DNA of 64,000 nt from NCBI GenBank assembly GCA_013265495.1, contig MU058037.1, positions 188,001 to 252,000 on the forward strand, given 5' to 3'. Of the stretch, positions 34,488 through 48,807 are shown one piece after another; within the stretch, counting starts at the first letter, position 1; the number at the start of each line of letters is the position of its first letter. The notes beneath the pieces are model-generated. The model ran no database searches and was not told where the DNA came from. It saw nothing but the letters and a program-made list of their open reading frames with translations. The stretch is from Vicugna vicugna (taxonomy: Eukaryota). Position numbers and translations under genes: made by a program.

Positions 34488-37400
34488 TACACACAAGTCT
34501 TTTCTCCAAATAATGGGTAGCACTCACCCTTTAGGTGGGAACCGGTTCATATTTTCCTTAATTTATAGATTGGGAAATTGAAACTTACTGAGATTGCCAA
34601 GGTCATGGAACTAGTAAACAGCAGAACCAGATATCTCAGCCAAATCCCATGTTCTTATTTACCATGACTTATTGCTTGCGTAGTGTTATCAAAAACTTGT
34701 TATTCTTCTCAAACATAGAGAAAATAATAAAAACAGACACACACAGTATACCCACCAGCCAGCTGTGATAGGTGTTATTATTTTGCCATCCTTGTTTCAA
34801 ATATCTTTTTTAAAAAAAAAACATTACAGATACAGCTAAATCCCTCTCCCACAGCCCTTTCCCCTCCATCTTTTCCTGATTTTTTTTTTGAAAAAAGGAA
34901 TCCATGAGTCAAATAACAAATATGTATGTGTAACTGATACTCTTCCTGATGAAGACTTCATTGCCAAGTTGTCCCACAATCTGTCTAGATGTAAAAAAAC
35001 AAAAACCCATATTTTAAGTCTAAATAAATGTATCTCCCTTAAAAAATCTTGTATATTCAGCACAACTCAGTGATTTACTGAATGCTTCTCCTGTACTCTC
35101 AAGTTTCATAACTACATTTATTTTGGGGGAAATTAATTCCCATTTGTTTCTAATTAATATATGCTTTACTACTCATCAGAATGTTTTGTATAGGCAACTG
35201 ACTAGTGAAAAAGCTTTTTCAGCTTTTATCCTTACTTGGAAGAGGCAGAATTTGTCAGCAAGAAATAAAATTGAACACTAAATACTTTATTTGAATCATG
35301 AACTTAAATATTACAGATTTCCAACTCATTCTCAACTTGGGAAAATATGTTCTTTTACTCCTTGCTTATTTATGTCTTCCTTTTGCCTTTTTCCTCATTT
35401 TTAATTCACCATTATACTATTAAGAATTTGAATGTGGGGTAGAACTCAGCACTGTTAGTGGCCTGATGTTGCCTTTGACTACACTGGTCTTGGCTAATGG
35501 GCTGATGTAATCACCAGAGACATCAAAACTTAAAGATGAAAGCCCATTTAGCCTAAGGAAGGCAAGTGGAGTTTGATGGTATTAAGCACAGAAACAATTA
35601 GTATTTGTGTTTTGCGTTTCATGTAACCATGTCAGGAATTGACAGAGAGTCATGGGGCTATACTAACTAGACTGTGTGCTGGGAAAGTGTCAGCAGGAAT
35701 GACGTCCTGGAATAATGCCTCCTGTGCACTGCCCCTGAAGTACTGATGCTATGTATCCACCTTACCCAGGGCTGGGACCATTGAGCCAAAGATGATGGCA
35801 ATAGCACATTGGTCATGGAGATTCTTGCAGAAGGGACTTACACAAATTAGGGGGTGGAAGAAATGCTTTAGTGATACAGAAGTGTAGTTTTAAATAATTG
35901 CCTCGTAACACATCTCCAGCAGGAGTCACACTACGCAGACCAGCAATTAAGGGTTTGAATGTTATAACATGTATTTAATAGTAGCCAGGACAAGTGACTG
36001 AAGGGACGATATTTGATTGAGATGTTGGTGGGATTGAGGTTTAGTGGTGGTGGTGCTGGACATGAATAGCCCTTAGTTCAATTATTTATTTAAAAAATAC
36101 AGCACCTACTGTGGGCCAGACGATTATAAAGCCGTGATCACATGGAGCTTAAAGGTGCTAAAGCCATTATAATATAGTGAGGTGAGTGCAAGCTGCCGTG
36201 GGAACCCATGGAGGAGCACTTAATGTAACATTCAGCTTAGGGGGGAGTTTTCCCTTGGACATACATTGCAGGCAGAGTCTCAGAGGATGAGCAGGAGTGG
36301 TCTAGAAGGAGATAAGAATAGGGATGGGGAAGGGCATTCCAAGGAGGTTAGGGAAGAAAGCGTAAAGGCCTGGAAATGAGAGAGAACATGGCCCATCTGG
36401 AAGATTTCAGTATAATACTTGACTGTTGTACTCAGATGAAATTTACTTTAAAAAGGAGACTATAAATAAGATAGAGAAGAGATAAGCCATGAGTTTGGAG
36501 CAAAAACATAATTTGTTGGTTGTTTATAAAAACCATAATAAAATTTTTTTTGCTACAATTATGCACACACAATTAAAGCCTCCACATAACAATTGCAGGC
36601 ATACTCCTCAGAATGCATCCTGGTTATATTTTCTTGGTAGAATACTTCCTACTTTTCATTTCCTCATTTCACGGAACACAGGTATCTCTCAAGCCAATAT
36701 TTTTTTCAGCAGTGTTTCCTATGGCAAAATTTCTATCTTGTCCTCCAAACTCAATATATTATTAACAAAAGGTGGACAGGAAAAATCTTGAGCTGCATTC
36801 CAAATTCATTAGGCATGCCACGTGCTTGACCTTGCCTGCACATTGGAATCATTTAATATGGATGCCTGGGACTCCACCTAGAGATTATGAGTCAGTTGTT
36901 CTGGGGTGTGACCTGGGCATTGGGATTTTTACAAGCTCCCCAGGTTATTCTAATACACAGCTAAAGTCGGGTACCAAAAAATTGGTGGAATGTCAGAATA
37001 ATGTATAGAAGTTTGGAAACAAACACTGACATGTTTAGAAACAAGATGTGCTTGCTTTGTGTTGGCTGTGCTGAGAGATCAGTGTTACTTCAAAGAAGCT
37101 CTTTGTCAACAACTACATGAATTGGTTATCATAAGACAAGGAGCTAATAAGCACTGTACATCCTAACTGTCATTTATGTGCATGCTTTTTGCTGTATCTC
37201 AAGTATTCTTTAAGAAATTGGTTGGGGTTTTAGGTCAAAATGTAACATAGTACCTATTTTCTCATTTAAAATAACGAGAGCCCTAGAATGTCTAATGGGA
37301 AACTCAGGAATGGATTGCTGATGTTAAGAAGTAGATGCCTCTATTCCTTTAAGGTCGCAAATGTTCCATTTGATTGCTTGGCCTGTTCTATCCTGTCAGT

Positions 37401-37999
37401 AGAGGTAACGTATGTAGGGTACTCTTTAACTCCAGAGAAATGATGGGACTTGAGCAGGGGGTGTACCTGCCCAACAGAGAGCAGGGTTGCATGCTATGCA
37501 TGGTCTGCGCTGGGGGTAGCAGGCCCAATTCCACTTGTAAAATGAAGAGCGTGACCTAGAGCAGCTCTGATTGTCAGAGTGCAGAGGACTCCTGGGGGCC
37601 GGCTGGGATGTGGTAGTGGGGTGGGTATGGCTCTTTGTTCTTAATGCTTCTTGGAGTCTGTGCTATGGCATTTCTGTCCTGTAAGCACTGTAAGCACTCC
37701 AAGCAAAAGAAAACACAACAAGGTGAGCAAGAATTGAGCCCTATTTCTTCATTCTGACCCAAAACTTACCACCTCCTCCAGTTCTGCAAAATAGGCCTAG
37801 TTTCTTGTAAGCCTTTGCCATCCCCAGGGCTTTTTCGGATCTTATACTCTGCCCATCACAGACTTCTTTGTAAAAAAAGCCCTGTTAGAGACTAATTTAA
37901 TCTTGAAGGATTTCAAGTCCCTGATTAAAATGGAAATTCCCCCATCTTGAAAAACAAACAAAAAACCACTCTGTCTGCTTCCCCAATTGTTTGTAAGGT

Positions 38000-38375
38000 G
38001 AGCCTGTGAGAGGTGAGATGGGGCAGGGAGGAAGCCAATAAAAGGTATATTAATGAACAAGAAACCGCTTTGGGAAACTTGCGCTCAGCTCCTCTGGGAG
38101 GCCTCTGAGAAATTCTGTGAAATGCACCTCAAAATTGTCTTACTGAGGGATGAGGAAGATGGGGTATTTACCCACCACCTCCCATCCATCATTGGTGGAG
38201 GGGGCTTCTGGGGCATTAGTCACTCATCATCTCTAGGCTGCCCCATGCATGGACCAGATGTGTTGCTGAGGGTGGAAGATGGTGATCGGTAGAGAGATAC
38301 AGGAAGCTGCTGAGTGTGTGGGAGCCTTCTGAGGGACCTGCAGGGAGGCTGATGAGACACGGGTGGGCGCTACTC
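38000..38375 (-). mobile_element. ERVL-class LTR fragment
   Basis: gggcagggaggaagccaataaaagg...gaggaagatggggtatttacccaccacctcccatcc..cattggt. Confidence 0.55.
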
Positions 38376-40719
38376 TCATTGACTCTGCTTCACTCTCCCA
38401 GCTCCATCACAGGGGCCTGCTTTACTTACTTTATGCTTTGATCTCTTGTGTACATTTTTTTAAATGAGTGTTCCAGGGCTTTAAAATTTTTTGAAAGACT
38501 ACTTTTCCCCCAGGAATTTTGAATTTGGCACCTCTGACACGAAGTCAGAAAACTATGGCAGAGGCTAAATTTATTTTCTCAGGCCACCATTAGTCCAGAA
38601 CATAGTTATTTTTGAAAGAAATGGATCAGCTTGATTTTAGTTGTTTTGAAAGCAGTAACAATAATCATGATTAATTACCAAGTGGTAAGTGTTTAGTATG
38701 ATGCCCAGACTTTTTTCTATCACAGATTTTTAGTCAATAAATATAATTACAGAGACTAATAGTTCAGGTTTTGATTCCTCTATTACACTAAATGATCATG
38801 ACATGGCTGATTATGGTAAAACTGTCAAATCAATGAATTATAAAACTGTACATGGAAATGATTAACTGAGATGCCCTTCTAGGTTTTGTTAGATCATCAT
38901 GAAGCATGAGGATCAACAGTTAGAGATTTGGTTTAGAAAGTTTGCAGAGGATTTCTGCTTAGAGATCAAATTGGTAGCATTGATGGTCTGTAAATTGCCT
39001 AAGCGTTTTTCCAATTCCTTCCATCTTCCCCCTGTTTTTTTTTCCTTATCCAATTAATAATTTTAACAAAGGTTTTTCAACTGACAGTAAATAATGGACT
39101 TGAGTAAGATCCCACCATGGCTCAAAAGAGAAAGGCTAAGAAAAAATATGTGGTGAACTCTTAATAGCTGGATTTCTAAGCTTTTCCTTCTGTTAGCTTC
39201 TAACTTACTCTCCAAAGTTTTGTTTGAAGTTGCCATTTGAAATCTAGAACAGAATAGCAAGGATGGATAATGCCTGAAATGACCAACTCTGGTAAGAAAG
39301 TCTTGCACAAGTTTCCTACCTCTTCTACATGAATGGTCACCACCATCTGGTTCAAAACCAGAGCACACACGTTAAAGGGGCATATAAATGCACGATGTAT
39401 TCACTACATGCTCAAATTGCCAAATTGCCTGTTATCTGCCATTGTTTTCCAACCAAAAAGGCCAAAAATAAGATAAAACAGAAGACTGATTCTGTTACAA
39501 GGGAAAGATTTCATTACAATTGGCTGATGTTTTCCCCATAAATATTTAAAGAATCTAATTCAGAAAGAGTACTTAGAGACAGATGCTCTGAATATAATAA
39601 ATTATGGATGTTTGGATACATTTTTTTGCAGTAATTTATATGAACAGTTGACCAGATGATTGCAGAGTTTTCCACTCTGGTTTTAAAAAATTGAGATAAC
39701 TAGACCAACAGTCATTACAGTATGATCTAGGTTGTCTTTAAGGAGAGACTAACTACATTATTTGTCCTATAGCTAGAGCTTTATGGTCAGTATGTTTATT
39801 AATATTTAAAAAATCAGCCAGATTTTATTTAAAGCATTGTCATCATGATTTAGTTTGAAATTTGGGGCTTCCCTTTGTAGATTAGGAAGCGAAGGTGATT
39901 CTTATTACTATCCTGTTGGCCTTTCCTTGCAGGTTAGTCTTAGTGTCCAGGTATTTATCTAGGGGTGAAATCGTCATGGTCCTGGAGCACCACCCAAGAA
40001 CAATGTGAGGGAAAATATTTCTTTAGCCTCTCTTGATTAGGATCCCTCTCATGGATCCTTTTTGTAAGTACTTTCTGTTGGGCCAATTTAAATGTGAAAG
40101 ACAAAATCTTTTTAAAGGAATGCTAAAAGAACACACACCACGGTAAAAGAAAAACGTGATGAAAACCAAATACCAAAATCATTTACAAATCTACTACTTG
40201 TGTAGTAGCAAAAAATGTTTTGTTTTGTTTTGTTTTGAGTTGTTATTGCTCACAACGGCCAGCTGGGGTCTTAAGCAAGTGCCTTTGCAGGGCTGGGGTT
40301 CCTGATGAGATGTGCTTGCGGGATGGAGGTGACACTCTGAATGTTCTTAATCTGAGAGCCACCAGCAGAGTCCTTAGGGCACTGGACTTGAATCTGGTTC
40401 AGGCAGGCCCACCTAAATTCTCTGGCGTGTCGCCTCGGCCAGCTCATAGAGTTAACCCCTTGACACTAGGCTTCAACAGAGGGATTTCCCTTCCATTGCC
40501 ACTTTGTTTTTTCAGCACTCAGCAGGCTAGTCAGTATTGATCAGGCCTTTTATCTCCCCATGACTGTGCTAGAGGGGAACAGAGCACTAGATACAACCAG
40601 GGTGTTTGCAGAATCACATGGCCCTTCCTGCATCTGTCCCCCTGATGGGAAAAGGTTGAGAGATGAATGAGGAGGAAGCTGGAAACTAAGCGCTCTGGTC
40701 TGGATAGCTGCTGACAGGT

Positions 40720-40890
40720 AGGTTTGTCCAATAAAGTGCAGGGTGTCCAGGTAAATTTAAATTTCAGATAAACAACAAGTAATTGTTCCAAATACTGCAC
40801 GGGACATACCTATGCTAAAAAGTATTATTTATCTGAAATTCAAATTTAACCAGCCATTTTGTATTTTTCTGTGCTTAACATGACAACCCT
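40720..40890. mobile_element. MER53-like palindromic element (uninterrupted)
   Basis: aaatttaaatttcagataaacaac...tttatctgaaattcaaatttaac...gacaaccct. Confidence 0.8.
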
Positions 40891-41675
40891 GTGCTGAGAG
40901 GATCTCTGTAGGAGCCTATGATCAACAGAGAGAATCTCTGTGAGCCTGCAGTAGCCAGCAGCTGGCTGAGGACCAGAGACAGAGCCCCACTGAAGCAGAA
41001 GAAGCAGTGACAGTCATAGCTGCCACTACAGTGAATGAAGTTTCTGGGGCTTCCTTTTTTTTTCTGGCTCCCCTGAAGCCTCAGTGGACCCAGAGATTGA
41101 CCATATGGATGGGGATTCAGAACCAGATTTGATTCAATTTAGAAAAGTAAAGGAATGTGGCATTCTTGCCCATATGTGTCATGGAACCAAATATCACTGA
41201 CTCAGTTCCTTCCTGGATAAAATAGGAACAATAAACATTACCTACTTCATAGCTTGTCACAAGAACGAAATGAAATAATGTAGTTGAAACCATTAGCATA
41301 ATGCCTGTCCCTTAATACTTATTAAGGGCTCAAATATGTCATCATCATCATCAGGGTGAAAGAAAGCTTAAGAGAAATTTCAGAATATCCTTAGAGCTCT
41401 TCTTAAAACAGCTGCTTTGAAATAAAATTATTGTATTGAGCAGTTTCCTTCCACAGCTTAGGTTTTTTTCTGAGTCTTTATTCTTGGCCCTTTCAGTCTT
41501 TGCCCTGTGCCCTGATAGATTAGAAATCTGCATACTTTCCTGCAAAGAGTAATACAACTTTGGCTCCAGTGTTAGATGAATGTAAGCCCCTTTAGTATTT
41601 CCTTTCAAAATATGGTGGTATCTGCCAGGAATCCAAAAGGAAAAAGTTTCTATGTAAGGCCTTTGTAAATATTTT

Positions 41676-41780
41676 AGTTGACTTCTGAATAACCTAGGGG
41701 TTAGGAGTGCTGATACTCCACACAGTTGAAAATCCCCATATAACTTACAATTGGGCCCCTGCAGCCACGGTTCCCCCATT
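41676..41780 (+). mobile_element. Tigger2/MER8-like fragment
   Basis: agttgacttctgaataac..aggggttaggagtgctga...cagttgaaaatcc..atataact. Confidence 0.65.
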
Positions 41781-44700
41781 TGAGGGTTGAGTTATTGTTT
41801 AAGTCATCAACCGCAGGGAGTTTGCTGTATGATGGTGTCTCAAATGTTGATTTGTACTGTAATTTAATATAATATTGAGAGCGATAATCACAGATACATT
41901 TTTGTTGTAAGACAATGCAAATACATTATTTAAATATTTGGGAAAAACTTAACTTTTAGCTAACTTTTTGGTCTCTCCATTGCTGTAAATCTTATTCTTG
42001 CTAACAAAACAGGAAGTAACCGAAGTTTAAAAATACTTTATTTTGAAGTAGTTTTAGATTTACAGAAGAGTTGTAAACTTACAGTGAGTTCGGTATACCA
42101 TTCACTCACCTTGTGAAGTAGTTTTTACCCTTTAGTTATTCCTGTTCCTAGAATTTCCATGGGTGCTGATGACAATAACTTAGGCACACTCAAGTCAAAG
42201 AGACTTCTTTAGAAGGAAACTCAAGAATGCCACCAGGCATATTTTCTACAAAACAATGGGACTCAAATCTTTTTTCCTTCCAACAAGCTATAGGAAGAAG
42301 AAGCAACAGTGTTTACTGTTGAAACTGATCAAAATCCAAGTGGTGCCCTTTGCCAGTAAAGAACCAGGGAAAATCTTCAGTGTGTTGACCATCTAGGATG
42401 GAGCATTAGGCATTGAAAAATCAGAATTTTCTGCTTAATACACTTAAGTTATTCCTCATTAAATACATTTTAAAAGAAAGGAGATTGGTAAAAACAAAGG
42501 AGATGGGTAATTATCAACTGACAAGTTAGCAAAACAACTGATAAAATTTGCTGAACTGCCCCTTAATTTTGTATCCTATCATGTGGGTGAGCCTAGAGCC
42601 TGGATCATAATCTCCAAGCAGCATCCTCCCTAGGCAAATGGAATCTAGCCCTCAGATTCAGCCCAGATAATTCTGAAACGGTTCAGGATGTCTAATGTGT
42701 GCACCAAGTACAGACCCATTGACTTTTTTTGTCCCATCTGCCATTTTCTTCTTCCTCTCTCATTTATGGTAAACACTGAAAATGTCAAGAACTATTGCTG
42801 ACAAGGCTCACTGAAGGCTCTGCAGCTTCTGGTGCCCACAGAGAGGTCACACACTTCTGGTTCTGTCAGGTGTCTGCCTCAAGGGTGGCCATGATAGTTG
42901 CCGAGGAGCTGTCATCTGTACTAAGGGCATTAGCCTCTGTTGCCGCTGAGATTAATGGCATCAAAACAGCTGAAGACTTGCCCTGCAGCTTTTTTTTTTT
43001 TTTTGGCATTTCTCTCTTTTTACAAACAATCTTCATGCTAATGTGGGATGTGAGTAGAGGGGTGCAGAGCCAGGAAAGATAATTTGATTAAAAATGCTCG
43101 TCTCTCTTCCTGTTGCTTTGAAACTCCTTAGCTCCTCTTAAAGCATACTCCTCCCATATTCCCCCTTTGTTTTCAAACTCAAGTGAAAACTGAGCCATAG
43201 TTTCAAAGAACCAGTTGTGTTGTCAAATTATCTTAGAGTTTCTCTGAATATATATTTTTCCCTATAGAGTAAGGGTCTCAAACTCAGATGACTATAGAAG
43301 CCACTTACTTAACTTGAATAAAATGAATCAGATGGAGACCGGGGCAAATTGGAGTGACCATGTCCTATCTCAAGGGGTCAGTAGTAGCTTTTCAGCTCCA
43401 GCTGATGGCTGCCAAGCATGATTGCTGGGGAAATGGTGCCAGATTTTCTAGAAATCTAGGCGTTTATAATAAATCTGGTTTTTGAATGCCATCAACTAAC
43501 TTAATGGTTTTAATGAGCACTGGGCAAATCAAACAAAGCTTATTTATTTGCTGCACTGTGCCCACAAGCCTCTTGTTTGCCTGCTTTGGTGCCTAAATGT
43601 TTCATGTCAGAGTGGAGAGACTAGAGGGTGATACCATATTGAGCCAAATGCTTCGGTCATCAGCATCATTAATTCCTTAAGTTTGCCGGATGCAAAGGGC
43701 ATTACAACGACAAAACAAACAAGCTTATATCTTTATTAGAAAATAGTAATAATAGTTTTAGAGAACTTTAGGTGATAGACACTTTAAATACAGAATTGAT
43801 AGTTCTTACAATAGTCCAGCCATGTTTATCCTCAGTTTATAGAGAAGGAAATAGAAGATCAGGAAATTGATTTAAATAACTTGCTTTGAGTGCAAACCAC
43901 ACATATCTAGGAAGTTATAGAGCCAGAATTAGAACCAGAGACCACTCACTTTCCACCACATCACACTGCCCATGAGACTGGAACTCAATCTAGTGCATAA
44001 AAAGTACAAGTTAAGAAGGAATCTCTTTTCAGTAATGACAAGTTACGAGAATTTAATATTAACTTGTAAGTATGTGTATCAAAAGAGAACTCTACAACCA
44101 CAAACGCCATGAGACTCTTCTACCTTGGAGAGTTCTTCATTCCTGTAGAGCTCTTCATCTTCTTGGACTCTTCTTCCCCCTCCTTGTCCTTTTCCTCTTC
44201 CATCTGGCTTTTCATTTTTGATACTTAGGATCCAGTTCTATTAATCAATTAATTACTTTGCAGGGAATCCTAGTCCCACATACTTATACTAACATGTCAT
44301 TCTTCCATTGTTTCTGGAAGAACATAAAAGTGACTTTCATATTTTGTCATGGTAGACTCTAATCTTATGGTGTCAAAGGACTGTTGAACTGCTTGAAGAA
44401 TTTACTGTACGTTTTATTTTACCATTAAGAAAGGGGAAAGATTCCAAAGAAAAAAGAGTGCATTTTTATTTCTCTTTAAATTATGTTGAGGAATCAATAT
44501 AGAAAGGTGGATCTTTGTTAAGAATTCTCGCTTTAATTGAAAGGTTACAGTTTGAACTCTAGAAAAATGTTTGAATCTCTTTAAACTTGCTGCAGGAATC
44601 TAGGTATTGGGGATTTTGAAGGCACATTTCTAAGTGCAGCTTTCAAGTGCAAATGACCTTTCATTTCCCTTAGACAAAGGGAAAAATAAGAGTTTTGGTC

Positions 44701-45087
44701 TCACCAAATGGACAAGGAAATGGGCAGGTTAACTTTCCAGCTGCCTTCCACCTCAGTGTTTCTCTGAGACACATTTCCTTTTTCAAAATCTTGCCTACTT
44801 GCCTTTTGGTTTTGAATTTCACAAGTGTTGGCTTTGGGAAATCTTACTTTCTTACACTGTTTCCTAAAATATTCCTTGTGGAAATTTATGTGGGCTTATT
44901 GTTGAACAACTCATAAAATTCTTAGAGTCTTCTGTAAAGGTGACCTGGGACAGTATACAAATTATTTTAAAAAAATATTTGAAAACTCTGTAAGGTAAAG
45001 ATAACTGTGGGAGGCCAGCATTTGACAGAATTGTAGATATAGTTCATTCTTTTTATAGTATTCATTACTTCCCATTACAGTTCTCTC

Positions 45088-45246
45088 TGTTTCTCCAAGT
45101 GGGGTCCATGGGACCAGCAGCATCAGCATGTCACCTGGGAGCTTATTAGAAATGCAGTCTCAGGCACCACCCTAGACCTACTGAATCAGAACATACATTT
45201 TAACAAGTTCCCCAAGTTCAAGTACACATTAAAGTTTGAGAAGCTG
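45088..45246. mobile_element. MER5A-like hAT element
   Basis: ggaccagcagcatcagcatgtcacctgggagcttattagaaatgcag...agacctactgaatcagaa...aaagtttgagaagc. Confidence 0.8.
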
Positions 45247-45835
45247 TGTTCTTTTTGTCTCACCCAGATGTCTTTTTCATTCCTACATTTCCAGCACTGA
45301 ACACAGAGCCTAGTGGATAGTTGGAACTTGATAAATATTTATTGACTGGTGAATTGGTTCTCAGTACTTAGAGATCTAGTCTAAAACTTCATTTAGAATT
45401 ATTAAGAAGCCCAGGAGGTACAGTTAACTAAATATAGAACTTCATCTACTCATGGGACCCTCAGCCTTTGCTGTGTATCGTAAACCTCTGGGAGGATTTT
45501 TTTTTAAATACTGATACCTGGCTACTACCCACCTGTAGAAAATTTTTTTTTAAATTAGAATATGGTGTGCCCTAGGCAGTAGCGATTTAAATTTTCTCCA
45601 GGTGATTGAATGTACAGCTAGCTAAGGTTAAGAACTGTTGCTCTAGAAATAATTTTCCAAAATGCTTTTTGAGTAATTGAATTACTAGGTCCCAGGATAA
45701 GCAAAATGTTGAAACCACTCACAAGTATAAGCTTGAGTCTCTGTTGTTAGTACCTAATGAAACAGAGTATGGTGGTACTGGGGCTGAGTTTGTATGTCCA
45801 GACGATGTTGGAATATTTGGTATTTGTAGTAAGCA

Positions 45836-45968
45836 AATATGTTCTATATATTTTTTCTAACTTAGTAATATAGAGTAACTGTTAAAAGGCATAAGTTTGA
45901 TCAATATGTTCTATGCATCTTTTCTAACTTAGTCATATAGAGTAACTGTGGAAGGCATAGGTTTGATC
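45836..45968. repeat. Diverged ~67-bp tandem duplication
   Basis: aatatgttctat...ttttctaacttagt.atatagagtaactgt...aaggcata.gtttgatc occurs twice (45836-45902, 45903-45968). Confidence 0.9.
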
Positions 45969-47024
45969 AAGAGTGTAAAGGGTGACACTGATGAATCTTG
46001 GGAGAAACTATAACTTTCTTAAGTATTTATGCTTCATCCAACTGGCTTGACTGTTTTATTCTGTTGGAAAAGAGATCATTACACAATTTATCAATTTATA
46101 AGCTATTATGCATAAATAGAACAGTTCTGAACTGTACCTTTACCTTACAGAAGAGTACTGTACCTGATCAGCATATTTCACATAGCCTTCCTTATTGCCT
46201 TTTGGAGCTTTCTTCTTTGGGGTAACCGGAAGTCCTCTAGATTAGAAAACAGTTTTGTTTGTGAATATCTCTTTTTTTCCTCCTTGGCTCATTCATCTTG
46301 ATGAGTATAGCCTTTCACTCAGATGCAGGCTTTTAGTGGGGAGAATGACATCATTTCAGATGATGTCAGTGTTAGCTTGTGGCTAATTTGGTTGAACTGA
46401 CATTATGAGCACATTAGAGATATGCTGAACAAGTTGAAGTACATTTCTCTTGTTATTATCTTACTCATGCTTAGCTCCTTGGAGGATTTTAAGCAAACCT
46501 GAAATCTTTACTCAGTGGTTAAAGTTCCTGCAGAGGGCCTCATGTTTCCCTCAGCATTTCAAAACTCATGAGAGTTGGAGATGACACTTAAGAGACTATT
46601 GAAGAGTCAAGATGTGGTAACAGTGAGAGATGAGGGTCTCAGAGCTGATAGCATCATTTGTGTAGATGTAACATTTGCTTAGAGGTTCACCCTATAGTGG
46701 TATTATATCCTAACATGCTATCTTGTGGGTGAATATTTCTTCTGCTTTTCTTTGAATACTGAATTAGGGTAAAAGAAAAATGATTATAACAAAGAGAACA
46801 AAATACAGTTGCAAGACATTTTTGTTCTGTGTCATCATTTAGGGGCCTTCCGTGTCATTCCTCTTCAGTCTCCTAAAACATAGTCCTCGCCTGTATGATT
46901 GCTGGATTCTGGAACATCCTTGTTACTGTTTGCAGGAAAGAAGAAAGAAAAATAACTTGTGAGAACACAGCCACATTTACCTACAAGGGAGGCTGGGAAA
47001 TGTGACTATTGTGGCAGTCATCTT

Positions 47025-47052
47025 TGTGTGTGTGTGTGTGTGTGTGTGTGTG
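47025..47052. repeat. (TG)14 microsatellite
   Basis: Read directly from the sequence. Confidence 0.95.
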
Positions 47053-48807
47053 ACTAGCAGTTTAGAACACAACTCCTAGTTTTGCCATCTAGGAGGCAAG
47101 AGAACAGGGGTATTTTTATATCTGACTCCTGACAATCATGATTTGAGGGTTGTTCCTGGTGGGGTGCTAATTCTTTAGCACTTCTGACTTGCTTTCTGCA
47201 CATTAAAAGGGTGTACTTTGGAGGTCAGAAAAAGCCTTCAGGCAAAGAAATATAGATTTTGTCAGTTGGAACTGACAAGGGTGGGGTATATGGATGGGAC
47301 TGACAACATCTGGTGCAGCATTTTTCTTCCCCGGTTGTTGGCGAACCATTGATTTTTACAGTTTTACCTCTATCAGCACCAGCTATTCATGCACCAAACC
47401 TTATATATTAGACCCTGAAGAAACATATATATATATTCTACCCTTAAACAACCTAGAGCCATAAAAACTCTTGGTTTTAAAATGAAAGTGACCAGCTTTG
47501 GAATAAAAATTAAACATTTGGATCTGGGTTCACATGCTTTACATAACTTAGATGAGGACGGATGCAAAATAATTGAGGATGAGTGGTTGAGTGCTGACAG
47601 ATTTAATTAGGAGTTATTTAAAAGGAATTTTCAAAGGATTGGGTGTTTAAAAAATCTATCTAGGTTGAGTTTTAATGCTTATTGGTTCTTTATTTTTTAA
47701 GTTTATAAAAATAAGTAATTTTGTTGACTCATTTAGCTTTAGCTCATAATGTAGTTTGACAAAGCTAAAACTGCTTTAAGTTAATAAATAAACAAATAAA
47801 ACAGTTTTTAATTGGCATGACCAATTAATACTTAAATTCTGTCTAAGAATCATAGGTAATAGCAGTACTTGTTCAACTGCATGTTATGTGTGGGCTAGTT
47901 TGAAAACTAGAATTTGCCTTTGTAAGTTCACATGAGCATTGCTCTTTTTAATTCCTGTGTGAATGTAGCCATAATCAGACATTGCATAGAGGCAGGGAAA
48001 AAAATTAAAATGCAAAGTGTTCCTGTTCGAACTCATATTCTGAAAGAAGAGAAACATAAATGAATTATTAAATCCCTGAGGTCAAGATGGGGGTACTTTT
48101 TTCTTTTGTAGAATTGGAGGAAATGAACATTCCTACCATGAGTCTTTATCCATAAATAACGGAAAGACGTTAGAAGGTTTATGCATTTTCCTGTTTCAGT
48201 TCAAATTAAGAGTTACGCCAACAACCTAGTTGGAAAAAAAGCTCTTTGAAAAGTGAATTTAATTCTAATTTCAAATAGATTGACATGCAAACCTAGCTTA
48301 TTCATAGATTTCTGAAATGTACTCAACAGAATCTTTAAATAGAGCTCTTATAATATGAAGGAATTTCACCAATGATACAAACCATAATTTAGGCTGAGAT
48401 GACCGTAATACCACCAAGTTACAGTGTGATTCTACTGGAATTTTGGAGATCCTTGTAGAAGGAGTTGCTGGAAACCTGGCTTGGGACCCTCACTCAGTCT
48501 CCCAGCAAAGATTATGCTGCTAATATGTTTCAGGTTCAAATTTTCCACTCCACTCTTTTCCCCCAATCAGCCCTTCAGTGAAGAAGCAGTTTTTGTGATA
48601 AGGTTTGGGAATTGGAGATGACCAACTCACAAACTTTACAAATAACTGATATTATAAACCTTTTAATTTTGTCAAGTTGAAATTCTATGACTCTGAATTT
48701 TCCCCCAATCTAATTTCTAGGCAGACTCTTGTCCCTCAGAAAATTTGTTGGGTCCCAAATAACTATTTCTGAGAACCAGAGACAACCGGGATTAGCCTAT
48801 TGCTTTT

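Noticed and set aside
41351..41779. 142-aa minus-strand ORF (longest in window)
   Set aside because: Starts within a Tigger2/MER8 fragment, resembles no known protein, and its length is compatible with chance in 64 kb.
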